DNA of 53,822 nucleotides from Chromera velia (Eukaryota). The DNA is taken from NCBI GenBank assembly GCA_018398765.1, contig JAHBMJ010000215.1, positions 1 to 53,822 of the forward strand. The letters run 5' to 3'. Shown here piece after piece: positions 20,410-32,000 of the stretch; positions within the stretch are counted from its first letter, which is position 1; the number at the start of each line of letters is the position of its first letter. A program made the translations under genes and the position numbers. The notes under the pieces are model-generated. The model made no database searches, was not told the origin of the DNA, and saw nothing but the letters and a program-made list of their open reading frames with translations.

Positions 20410-20988
20410 CATGAGCTAGCCGTGGAATCGTGGAATGTCGTGGACACGGGTCATTAGAGGGCATCGGAGCAGACAGGGAAGCTTTCCTATAGGGATATAA
20501 GAACCTACTATGAAGGATTTGGAAGCAGAAGAGCACAGCTCAAGGTTCTTTGGATACATCAATGTCTAAGAGGGTATCTCAACGTCCGAACCTGTTTCTT
20601 TTAATCTAGGGGCAATCTCAATCGATCTTGGCATACGCATACAATGCTAATTAAATGCAAGTTCATATCGATTCGTCACGTTTTGCCTGCACGGGGACAG
20701 CGTGCCTTTATGTGATAACGTCATTCTCTGTCCCAATCTGACGCCCCTGACAGTCTCTCAAAGTCCCGAATTATATTTCTGCGTGAGCTGAGGTCCCCGG
20801 CCTGACCGGGCTAAGCACACTGCCACGTGGGATGCCTGGGCCCTCGGCCATGCACCGCCTTACTCCCGCGCCTTCTCCCAAAATCCCCGTGCCAAAGATT
20901 CCACGCGCCTTCCGTATGGTTGATCGCGCAGCGCCTGGTCGCATGTATGCATAGGCTGGCCCGCCTGGGTGGCGCCAGGCAGCCCATA
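20410..20988. mobile_element. Non-autonomous element, copy 1 of a direct pair (~580 bp)
   Basis: Aligns end to end with 21014-21594. Short imperfect inverted termini CATGAGCT...AGCCCAT(A/G). No coding capacity. Confidence 0.75.
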
Positions 20989-21013
20989 ATACAATGTCAT
21001 ATCATCACTATAT

Positions 21014-21594
21014 CATGAGCTAGTCGTGGATACGGATCACTCGAGGCCCTAGTAATAGTAGAGGGTGTCGGAGCAGACAGGGAAGCTTTCTTAGGGATAG
21101 AAACCTGCTATGAAGGATTTGGAAGCAGAAGAGCACAACTTAAGATAACTTAAGGTTTTTTAGATACATCAATGTCTAAGAGAGTATCTCAATGTCCAAA
21201 CCTGTTTCTTTCAATTTAGAAGCAATCTCAATCGATCTCGACATGTGCATGCAATGCTAATTAAATACAAGTTCACATCGATTCATCACATTTTGCCTGC
21301 ACGGGGACAGCGCGCCCTCATGTAATAACGTCATTCTCTGTCCCAATCTAACGCCTCTGACAGTCTTGCAAAGTTCCGAATTATATCTCCGCATGAGTTG
21401 AGGTCCCCAGCCTGACCAGGCTAAGCACACTGCCGCGCGGCATGCCTGGGCCCTCGGCCGCGTACCGCCTTACTCCTACGCCTTCTCCCAAAATCCCCGC
21501 ACCAGAGATTCCGCGCGCCTTCCGTGTGGTCGATTGCATGGCGCCTGGTCGCATGCATGCATGGGCCCGCCTGGGCGGTGCCAGGCAGCCCATG
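21014..21594. mobile_element. Non-autonomous element, copy 2 of the direct pair
   Basis: Same sequence family as 20410-20988, flanked by tatat|CATG...CATG|atata. Confidence 0.75.
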
Positions 21595-21691
21595 ATATAT
21601 AATCTAAGTCAAGAATTTTAAACAAATTGTTGTTGAGCTATGCTCTAGGCTATGCTAGAAGAGTCATAATGAGACGAGCAGTGAAACGCAT

Positions 21692-22562
21692 CCCGGCAGT
21701 GACCTATGTGATAATGGACCGTATTTCGCCTATGTAAGGGGCTTTCAGATGGTAAAAAAATTAAAAACACTTTGTATAGCAAAATTAAGCCTATATATAG
21801 CATAGTTATAACTTTTTTAACACTTTTAAATATTTTTTATATGTGTTACCTTGTTTAGAAGATTATATATTTACCTTAAAAAAGCTTTAAAAAGGTCTCC
21901 CAACTATGGGGGCAACATACGCATCCGTACGCATCATGGAGGTGGCAATCATCTGATTTATAAGATAAAAATGTAGGCTAGCTAGGGGTGTTTCCATGAA
22001 AACGCCAACATCTATCAAACATTTGGCATACAGAATTGTATGCCTAGATCTAGTAAGCCTTCAGAATTGCATGCTCAGCCCCCGTACTGATGCTACGGCC
22101 CCGCCGCCGCCCGCCGCCCCACCCGGCACCCCCACTCACCCCCTCAGATCTCTCTTTCTACCATGCAGGGCCCCCTTAAGCACATTGTCTGTTGCCAGTA
22201 ACCCTACAATGCCAAGAAACACAAGCTGTGTATTGTTTTTATTGTCTGTATCGTTGTTTTCTATCTGTTGATCCTGTGTATTACCAGTTTCAGGCACTAG
22301 CAATCTAAGGAACTCCCCCTACGCTCCAGGGGACCTGCCCCCATCTATGTTGCACCTATAGTTAGGAAGCCTTTTTAAAGCTTTTTTAAGGCAAATATAT
22401 AAACTTCTAAACAAGCTAAAATGTGTAAAAAACCTTTAAAAGTGTTAAAAAAGTCATAACCATGCTATATATGGGCTTAATTTTACTATATAAAGTGTTT
22501 TTAATTTTTTTATTATCTGAGAGCCCCAAATAGGGTCCATTATCGCATAGGTCACTGCTGGG
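21692..22562. mobile_element. Non-autonomous DNA transposon (MITE) with ~220-bp TIRs, CCC...GGG termini and 2-bp AT TSD
   Basis: 21692-~21919 is the inverted complement of ~22347-22562 (CCCGGCAGTGACCTATG / CATAGGTCACTGCTGGG). AT lies on both flanks. Confidence 0.9.
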
Positions 22563-22620
22563 ATACGAACGCGCTAGCAATGCTAGCAGCAATCAAGAAA
22601 TAATGAATTTTTAAATTGGT

Positions 22621-23443
22621 GCTCTGATCTCCTTGGCATCATGACAGAAAATACATTGTTTGCTCTGATTTCCTTGGCATTCAGGTGGTTGAAGACGAAG
22701 TGCACGTTCTGACCGAGTGTCCTTTGCATGATGCCGAGAGGGCTGTGTGCTTGCAGGCTCTTTCAGACATATGGAATGAAGGAAGGGAGGAAAGAGCAGC
22801 AGGAAAGCCAAAATGGGGAGAGGGGACAAACAGGAAGACAGAAAGGCTTGCCTTGTTTTCTTTTCTTTTAAGTGAGACAGATGGAAGCGTCGACAAGTTT
22901 TTGAAGGATGTTGTCATAAAACGAGCTGCCGTAAAGGAATGCCACAAGAGAAATGCATGCAGCCTGCAAGATATATCAAGCATCCAGCTGGACCAAGCCT
23001 ACCAAATCCTTTGGTCAAATGAAAAGGAAAGAAACAAAAGACAGGCAGAATATGCAGCAACATGGCAGCAAATGAAGCAAGCGAAGGAAGAGGGAGAAAC
23101 CAAAGGGTTGAGTGACTGGGAAGTAATGAGATTGGCTTCTAATGGATCGACCGTTTATTTTTAGATACCTCCGTTTGAAGCCTGTTTGAGCTCCGCCGGG
23201 TCGATTGGCGGGCCGCAGCATCGTCAGTGAGAGTTGATTGATTACAGTCTTTTGCATGCGATTGATAGTAATTGATTAATTATCATGTAAACAGTTTGTG
23301 GCACAGGTTTTTTTGGCCTGTGCGGGCCGGCCAGGAAGGTCCGACGCGTGTATGCGTTTTTCCTGGACGCTGCACGTCGAGCGCTTGGCATTGGGGCAGG
23401 AGGCCAATCCTCCAGACATTACTCCTATCCTATCCTATCCTAT
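22621..23443 (+). mobile_element. 5'-truncated non-LTR retrotransposon (3' end) with (CCTAT)n tail and ~58-bp TSD
   Basis: The ORF remnant RKYIVCSDFLGIQVVEDEVHVLTECP matches the C-terminal CCHC knuckle of LINE ORF2. The tail is cctatcctatcctatcctat. Direct repeats 22563-22620 and 23442-23499 (2 mismatches) flank it. Confidence 0.85.
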
Positions 23444-23526
23444 GCGAACGCGCTAGCAATGTTAGCAGCAATCAAGAAATAATGAATTTTTAAATTGGTA
23501 ATTGAAGGAAAGATATGAGGTCCATA

Positions 23527-24077
23527 CCCTAATGAATTGGGAGTTGAATTGGGCGTCAAATTGGTAGTACTACCAATTTTTTACCGCCAGTAACTCCCAA
23601 TTTTGAAAAATTGGTACCTAGTCTAGTGAAAGAAGTACATGGAGTTTGAAGCTAAAATTTTGTGTACAGGCTAGACAGGGGTTCACTAGTCTCTAGCCGC
23701 AGTCATTAGACTCTAATTCATTACTAGGAACAAATTTTATGAACACTTAGAGTCACCTAAAAATTGGGAGTTACCAATTTTTTTCTAGGACTAACTACCA
23801 ATTTTTTAAAAAATCCTAGAAAAAAATTGGTAACTCCCAATTTTTAGGTGACTCTAAGTGTTCATAAAATTTGTTCCTAGTAATGAATTAGAGTCTAATG
23901 ACTGCGGCTAGAGACTAGTGAGCCCCTGTCTAGCCCATACACAAAATTTTAGCTTCAAACTCCATGTACTTCTTTCACTAGACTAGGTACCAATTTTTTA
24001 AAATTGGGAGTTACTAGCAGTAAAAAATTGGTAGTACTACCAATTTGACGCCCAATTCAACTCTCAATTCATTAGGG
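23527..24077. mobile_element. Foldback/palindromic MITE, 551 bp: two 264-bp arms and a 23-nt loop, CCC...GGG termini, TA TSD
   Basis: 23527-23790 is the inverted complement of 23814-24077 with about 7 mismatches; ta|CCCTAATGAATTG...CAATTCATTAGGG|ta. Confidence 0.95.
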
Positions 24078-25445
24078 TAATGAGGAGAAATAAACAGTAT
24101 GTGTTAGACACTAGGATGGACAGTGTGATACGAGCTATAACCTAGGCTGTGACAAACTGTTAGCGGTGGTGATATCTTGACATAGCGCTAGACATGGCGC
24201 TAGACATAGCGGGAAGGCCTAGCGTGGAACGAATCAATCAATCAACTGTCAAAGAGACAGACGTATATAAGACATAAATTCTAGCTAACACGCACACGCA
24301 CCTAGACACGCACCGAGAGAAAGCAATAAAAGAGGGAGATAGAAGAGGGAGATGGAGAAGGAACGAACCAACCGACTGGCAACAGTGCGATCGAAAGAAC
24401 GAAAGATCCCCGAAAGAGAGAAGAAAAGAAAGAGACTAGGAAAGAGAGCTCAGACTCAGTCACTCAGTCTCAGAGGATCTCAGAGAGACTACAGTGCTAG
24501 CTACAGTGGAGGGTAGGGAGATTGAAGAAAGAATTTAGGTAAGAGGGAACAAAAAGACACGAACGCTTCGGACCGACGCAGGTCTCAAAGAGAGGAAGGC
24601 GTGAAGGAAGAGGAAGAAGAAAGGAAAGGGGAGAAGGAGGGAAGGAAGGGGGGAAATACGAAAGGGAAGCAAGTGGGGCAGGGAAGGCAGGGAGCAGACG
24701 GAAAGGAGAAAGACCCGGAGATGAACGGATGGGTGGGAAGCGGGGAACGAAAGGAGACAACGGAAGAATCCATGATCGAATACAAGGTGGGTGGATGGAA
24801 GGACGATTCATTGCCCGCACAGATGGTCGAGTAAATGACTGACTGACTGATCGAGAGAAAGAGTACAGAAGGCGGGGAAGGGAAGGGAGTGTTGTTATGG
24901 GAGAGACGGGAGGCCGAGAAGGCACACCGAGGCAGCCAGAGACGCATGAAGGATTAATTGGGAAGATCAGTCGGATGACCGGCCGGTCGCAGTGACTCAC
25001 TGTCTGTCTAGGGTCCCTTCCCTCAGTCCCCCTTTTCACCTCCTTGTTCTTCTTCTACATAAGGACAAAACGGAAAAGAAGATGGGTTCGAAAACAAAAG
25101 CGGGGTATATAGACAGAAAGAAGACAGAGGAAAACGGCGACACGACGGCTATAAAACTAGCGGAATGAGAACCGCTCTCGAAGGACGATCAGCTCAATGA
25201 CATTTATGCATTACAGAGCAGGAATCAGGCCAATGGACACACATGGGAAAGGAAGGAAAATGCAATTGACATTTCTCGGTACGCGCTTTTCTTAACAGTT
25301 GAAGGACTGCAGTGCAGGTCCGTGTCGTTTCGACGATCATTTATGCAGTGGACCCTCTCGCCTAGCAGTCTGACCTGTCTAACTGTCTAACGCCTGAGGG
25401 AGCCAGTCATGTGAGGGTATCTATCTGCACAGTCAAATCATCATG

Positions 25446-26069
25446 CTAAGATGAGGATGAAGCGGAGGATCCCGTGAGTTCATCTGACAGAGGGGCGTCT
25501 GAGCCCTCTATGTCGTCAAGGTCGGCCTCCGTCAGGCCGTACTCCTTCATCAGTCGCTCCTTGATGATTCGCTTCCGACGGACATGCCATCCCTCTCCCC
25601 AGGAAAGCGTCGAGATGTAGTACGCCGTGAGACCGACGAGTAAGACATTAATGCAGAAGGAAAAGGGATCTTCACGCGGACCCACAAAAATCCGGCCACG
25701 ACGATGAGGCCCGACCTTCAGGTCTTTCCGCGGCTGCATTCCGATGGCAGCGCCATATCGGATTTGTTTGTGGAAGGAAAAACGAGGATCGTCTTCCCAG
25801 TTCTCATACTGGCCCGTTGAGTAAGTTGCCTGGTACATTCGCTTCGGTTGCTCGTCAATGGGTTTTACATCCCCTGAAGTGCGCGCACTGGTGGGCACCT
25901 GCACTCGGCTTTGGCCCTCGGAGGAGAAGTGACGCGTTGTGGAAGAAAGCGAGGGGGGGGGAGAGGGAAAGACTTGTGAAGAAGACGGAGCGGGAAACAC
26001 TGTCTTGGGCAGAAGTCGTCCAAGAAGCGGAAACCCACTGGGGAGAAATGCACACGGGCGGAACGTCAT
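25446..26069 (-). CDS. Single-exon 207-aa protein, probably mitochondrion-targeted with one TM helix; function unknown
   Basis: Complex, non-repetitive ORF. The N-terminus is rich in R/S/L/F, lacks acidic residues and ends in RHFSS (presequence-like). Hydrophobic segment FSFCINVLLVGLTAYYI is followed by a basic then acidic tail. Confidence 0.75.
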   Translation of the reverse strand: MTFRPCAFLPSGFPLLGRLLPKTVFPAPSSSQVFPSPPPSLSSTTRHFSSEGQSRVQVPTSARTSGDVKPIDEQPKRMYQATYSTGQYENWEDDPRFSFHKQIRYGAAIGMQPRKDLKVGPHRRGRIFVGPREDPFSFCINVLLVGLTAYYISTLSWGEGWHVRRKRIIKERLMKEYGLTEADLDDIEGSDAPLSDELTGSSASSSS

Positions 26070-26317
26070 CACAAGCGCAGCGATGTGTGAGGAGCGTGTG
26101 GTTTCGTTTAATCAACCACTGTTGCTGGATTCTGGACCGGGCTTCAGGAATATGACTTTACCCAGAACATATTTACGACGGTTAAAATGGGCTCTGCAAA
26201 TCCCGGATAGACAATCCGACTGCCATCCTTCTCCGCCGGACTGTCATGCACATGAGAATGCTGTCAGATGCAGTGTGCCGATGTGTGCCGTCTCCAAGCA
26301 CCGCCAACATCCCGGAG

Positions 26318-26448
26318 NNNNNNNNNNNNNNNNNNNNNNNNNNNNNNNNNNNNNNNNNNNNNNNNNNNNNNNNNNNNNNNNNNNNNNNNNNNNNNNNNNN
26401 NNNNNNNNNNNNNNNNNNNNNNNNNNNNNNNNNNNNNNNNNNNNNNNN
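26318..26448. other. Assembly gap (131 N)
   Basis: Run of N in the divergent promoter region. Confidence 1.
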
Positions 26449-26596
26449 CCCACACACACTTTAAAAGCCCTCCATCATTCCGGCCATTTCCGGCCTCCAT
26501 CTCTAGCTGACACAACGTACATGACACAACATCTCAATATTGAAGACAGGCTGATTTGACTGGCTTAGTGATAGTTAATTTCTCTCATTCATCTGT

Positions 26597-29018
26597 ATGC
26601 GTACCGACCATTACCGACCCAAACTAAATCTCCAGCCGTCGGCAGCCTTTGTCGACTCTGAAGTCAACACGAAGATTGTCTCGCCAAGCCGAAACTGGGA
26701 AGTTGTATCGATTGGCAAGGGCAAGTAAACGGTGTACGTACGTACGTGTTCACACTTCTGTAGCTGTTCAGCAGTCTTTCTTGCTGTGCGTGCATGAGCC
26801 TGAAAGAGGGCCAAAAAGTCGAACGTTGTGCCTGATCAATTCCCTCTTCACGCTCTGAAGACTGGAGAGTCCCAGTAGTGAAGAATAGAAGAAAGACAGA
26901 ATGGCCCTGGAAAGAAATTCTGATCCTCTTACAGCCCATCTGGAAAGAACGCGGCTGTGCCGGCACTTCCTCGTGGGAAAATGTGAGTGGATGGAAGGAC
27001 CTTTAGAAAGAGGGAGGGCATGCTGTGATCCAGTATCAAGTGTCATTTGAACAGCAGCTCCCAGGCCCTTTGTCTTCAAGGTGTTGATGTGGAGTCCCAA
27101 ATAAAGAAACAAACAACGACCATTGTGTTGGTGACCGACGTGCTTTTCCGTCGGGACAGTAGTCTTTCCTTGGCTGTATCCCCATGTTTGTGCGATACTG
27201 GAAGCTCTCTGCTGAGATTTTCTCGCTGTGTGCCCCTCTTGCCTCCTTTCTGCAGGTGAGTGGGGGCTTTCGTGCAGATTTGCACATGGGGAAAGCGAAC
27301 TCCGGGCGGTTCCCGACAAGCTTCTGCTGAAAGCTTCCTGGTGTCCCTTTTCCAAAAATGTGAGTGATTGGGTACATGGAAAGGGCATGTGATTGAGGAA
27401 AGACACCACAGGGGGGAAAGGGGGAAGAATAAACCGAAGATGGGAAGTTTTCCTGTCTCCTTTTGCTGCCGCATTAGTAAACTGCAACCCCCCTGCCTTC
27501 TCGTGCCTGCGCGAATGTTCCGATATGTGGGGTCTCAATTTCGTCTGTTGGCTGTGACTGCAGCGAAGACTTCGATTCTTCGTGTATCACGGGTAGTGCT
27601 GACAGCTTGTTTATTGTCTCCGTATGTATGTGTGTGTGCTCGACCATGTGTGCTCTTTTCAATTCCCGCAGGGTCTCAGGTGTAAAAATTGGCAGCGGTG
27701 CCGACATTCGCACTCCCAGGAAGGTCAGCACCTCCCTCCGTGTTGTGTGTCTTTTCTGTGTTTCTGTCCTCGCCCTCCATTTCCTTTCCTTCCCGTTTAC
27801 GTTTCGTGCTGTGCTGGGGCAGCGTTGGTATGCAACAGGAGTCTGTTCCTGAGTCTGCAAACTGCACTTTCTGTGTACAGCCCCTTTCGCCTCCCTTCTT
27901 GTTTTCTCTGCACCCCTTGTGCGTGCTGAGTGGTGTCTTCCGTTTTTTTGGCTTGGTTTAGCAAAACTTCTCTGTCTCTGTGTGTTCATTTTATTTTTTT
28001 ATCTGCAGAACTGGATGCATCTCTCGGCCAGCTCTTCAGAGAGCGGCCCGATCTGTACCATCGCCGCACCGAGCTTGTCCGTGACCTGAAAAAGCGGAGG
28101 CTGTTGAACAAGTTAAGGAAGGCAGACGACCCCGACGGTGACGGCGATCCGAACGGGGAAGGAGATGAGGAGGAAGACGGCTATTCCCCAAATCCTGCCA
28201 CCGACCACACTACGATCAGTGCGAATACCGACAGAGGGACACCGGGGTTTCGAATGAAGCAGCACGATTACCCTGACTACGGTTCCAGACAAGCCTACCG
28301 CAATGCGAGAGGCCCCCCCCCACCATCGCATCATGACCCTTACTCTTACTCGAATCCAAGGGCAAACACCTTCCATCAGGGTCACGGCCCCTCTGTGGGG
28401 ATGCAGACTCCCTACTACCCTGTGCCGCCCTTCAATGCGACCAACATGGGCATGGGGGGAGGGGGATACAACCAGGGGGGACTGAGGGGAGGGGGGGGTA
28501 TGGACATGGGGGGGAATAGGGGTATGCGTGGAGGGCCGGGTGTGATGGGTTTTCAGTCTTCTCATGGAGAGGGGGGCAGGCGATTCCAGGGACCCCCGCG
28601 GGGGGTGGGGATGGATGGCAGGGGGGGGGATAACGGAGGGGGGTATGGGCGAGGGGGGCAGATGCAGAGACCCCCCCCACTACCACCTCAGGCCCAATTG
28701 CCTTCCCATGACTATGACGGGATGGAAATGAATAATGCTCTCGTGCCCGGACTCCAGATACATGCCTTGAGGGATGGCTCGTACAACCCATTGGGGGATG
28801 ACACGAGGGGGGGGGCTGACTGGCGCATGCAGCTTGTCGGCCCTCCTGCTGTAGCCCCCACTCATGTCGATTTGAATGGAGACTCACACGGAGGGGGCCT
28901 TCGGAACTGGATGGGAAATTTGTTCCCTCCAGGACAAGGGGGGGGGCCTGTCGGTCCTGCCGCCGCCGCCGGGATGGGAGGTGGCCGGGGGCACCGGCCA
29001 CTGCCCCAGCAAGAGTAG
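26597..29018 (+). CDS. Tandem CCCH zinc-finger RNA-binding protein (TIS11/ZFP36-like arrangement) with Gly/Met/RGG-rich low-complexity tail
   Basis: Exons 26597-26720 (tentative, GC donor), 26935-26982, 27256-27359, 27672-27723, 28009-29018. Spliced fingers: ERTRLCRHFLVGKCEWGLSCRFAHGESELR and KASWCPFSKNGLRCKNWQRCRHSHSQEEL. Confidence 0.85.
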
Positions 29019-32000
29019 GGGGGAAGATGGAGGGCAGGGCAGAAGGGTGGCGTTGGGTCGTTTGGGGGTCTTGCGGGAGCATGCGCTCTGGCTTGAAACC
29101 CCCTTGACATCGCGCTACGGATGGAGTGACGGAAAGGAAGGATTGTCTCGGTTGAATGGGTGGGGGGTAGCATGCTTTCCCTGCTCATCTATCTGCCTGA
29201 ATCTAATTGGGATGTTTCTCTTCCTTTTCCGTCGTTGATTTGACTTTGCACGTGCGTACACGACCTAGCTTTCTATCTAATTCTATTCTAGGCGGGGAGG
29301 CGGGTCTCTTTGGGCCCCGCTGCGAGGGAGTGAGGGCCCGAGAGGGGCTGGGGGCCAGAATGAAAGTACAGTTGACTGTTTTGTTTCTTCGTTGAGAGAG
29401 AAAGAATTTGGATGCATGCATGCATGGGTGCCGGTTTCGTTTATCAAATGATGACGAGCAAGGTGCTCGTCCGCTGTATTCTGTAGACGCTGCATGCCTG
29501 TCGATCTGCTGTGCACTCACTCCTGCAGGATTTCTTCGCCGTCGTGTCCCCCCTTTGGTGCTGTTTGTTTGTGCTTGGTGATGCCAATCAATCAATCAAT
29601 CAAAGGCATTAAGTACGGGAGAAAAGAAAAGAAAAGCAGGAAAGATGGAAAGCATGAAGAATAGAAACACTCGAGAAAGCGAGCGTGTGGCACTTCAGTC
29701 AGTCGCTTCGTTCTTTCTCTCGTGCTTCATTCTTTTAGATACATCAATTATTTGCGTTTTTTTTTTCCTGTCTCCGGGTGCAGACCGAATGGAAGGAACA
29801 AGTTTCTTACTTGTTCATGTGTCGCCTTACGTGTCCTGTGCGTCTGTTTCTTCCCTCCGTATGGCGTCGTCATTTCCCGCCTGCTTCCCTGTCTTTCCCT
29901 TTTCATGTCTACACGTCTTCTGCGCGACAGCCTTTTTCACGATGTCCCTCCCTCTTCTCGATTGTTCTGTCTCATCAGTTCTTCACTTTCTGTCTTTCTC
30001 CCTCTTCCGGCACCTCGTCTCTCTATCTACTTGCTTTCTTTCTCCCTCTTCCGGCCCCTCCTCTCTATGTAAGGTTGCAGAAAGACAAGGAGATGGTCCT
30101 TCAGTCCGAAGCCCAAGTGGGTGGATGGGTGGAAGGATGGATGGAAGGATGGAATCCGAAGCAAAAGCAAGGCAACAAGACAAAGGTGGGGGCAGAAACC
30201 CTGCCTTCAGTCTTCCTACAAGCCCCCTTTTCCATTTTTTCTGTGTTTGTAGCTCGCCGATGTTTCCGTCGCGTTGCTTGTATACCATTTTGCAATACCA
30301 TGACGTTTAATTGCCCCCCCTACCTCTTGTGAGTACCGTTAGTTACATGCATTGTTGTTGCATGGTTGTTGGAGGGACAGAAGAATGAAGGAAGGAAGGT
30401 AGTATGTTCGTTCCGAGAGAGCGGGCGGTCGATCGATCAATCATTCGTTCGTTCGTTCGAAAAAAGGAGAAAAGGTAATGATATCAAAAAAGACAAGAGA
30501 CGGAATGAATCTGGTCAATTTGCCGTCTCCTTTTCGTATCGTCGACGAAGAAGGGAGAATGCCTCTTCCCTTTCTCCACAAATGCCAACAAGCGTGCCCA
30601 GTCGGGAAACACAGAACAGGAAGAGACAGAGACAGGGGAGGGAGAGAACGAGATCGATACAGAGACTCGGAGAGAGAAGACGGGGAAAATTTGGGTGGTG
30701 GTTTGTTTTGTGTGCGGGAGGACGGAAGCGGGAAAAAACTGACTGACGACGTGGGAGGTATCGTTCGTTCGGTCGGTCGTTTACACACTCCTTGCCATCC
30801 TCGACATTGTCTGTCGGTGACATAATGGAGTGAGTGGTCGGTCGATCGATGGACTCCTCAAAAGGTTGACAAGACAGACAGACAGAGAGACAGACTCAAT
30901 CGAATGTGGGGGGAAAAAAATTCGAGCCGGAAGGTTCTCTCAGTGCGAGAGAGAGGGGAAAAAGGAAAAGGAGGAATCATCCACCCGGACAGACAACGAA
31001 CAAGCGATCCAGAAAAGGAGAGAGAGGGAGGAGGCGGGGGTGGGAGATGGAAAAGACGCCGACTCAACATCTCTTCTCGGTGCGTTTCTTCCCTTCCCTG
31101 ACTGTCCTGTCCCGTGGCTGAATTGGAGTGGTGTGAGGGAGCAAAGGCGGTCGTCTGTTGATCTCCTCTTGTGTCCCTGAAACAAACTTAACAGCGTGGC
31201 ACAGAAGGCAGCCGCACACTCAGAAGCATGGAGTCAGAAAGAAAGAGAGAGAGAAGACTGCGAAGGAAGGGAGGGATCGAACGAATGAATGAATAAATAG
31301 ATGAATGAGGCGGCGTTTAAGAAGAAACAAAGATGTGAATTCATCAATCAAGTAAGTCATCCGTCGGACAGGGTCGTGATTGTACAAGCAACGGCACCAT
31401 CGGCATCGGTCGTGTAAGATCTTTCTTCTCTTTCCTCCTTCAGAATCTTTGCCTGTACGTTTGTCTCTGTCTCCGTCCCTCCTTCTCTCCCTCCGTCCCC
31501 TCTCTTTCTTTCTCCTTCTCTTTCTCTCTCTCTCTCTCTCTCTGTCTGTCTGTGCCAAGAGAAAAGCAATAAAACAGACGAACGAGGAGGTAGGGACGTT
31601 CCCCCAAAGGTAACGGACGGAAGCAGTCCCATTCCTGCACTGTTCTCTCTTCTTCTGCATTCTTCATTCTTGCTTGCACTCACTCACTCACTCACTCACT
31701 CACTCACTGTTGAACTGACGGCGGACTGACAGTTCGTAAGTGTTTTCTTGTTGGAATTTTGTCAGCGAGTCAAGTGAGAAGAGAGAGAGGCCAACCGATC
31801 GGCCAAAGAATTCAGAGAAGAAATGAAGAAAGAACATTCTCGGGCGAGAGAGAGATCGGTCTTTAATGCTTCCAGCCTGTCTGCCTGACTCCTCTTTTCC
31901 TCCCTCCACCTACACGCAAATACCTGCATCCATTCACTTAGACTCCGGAATTGAGTAACTGATTGCAAGCAGACGGGCATGAAAGGCAAGCAGGTACCGA

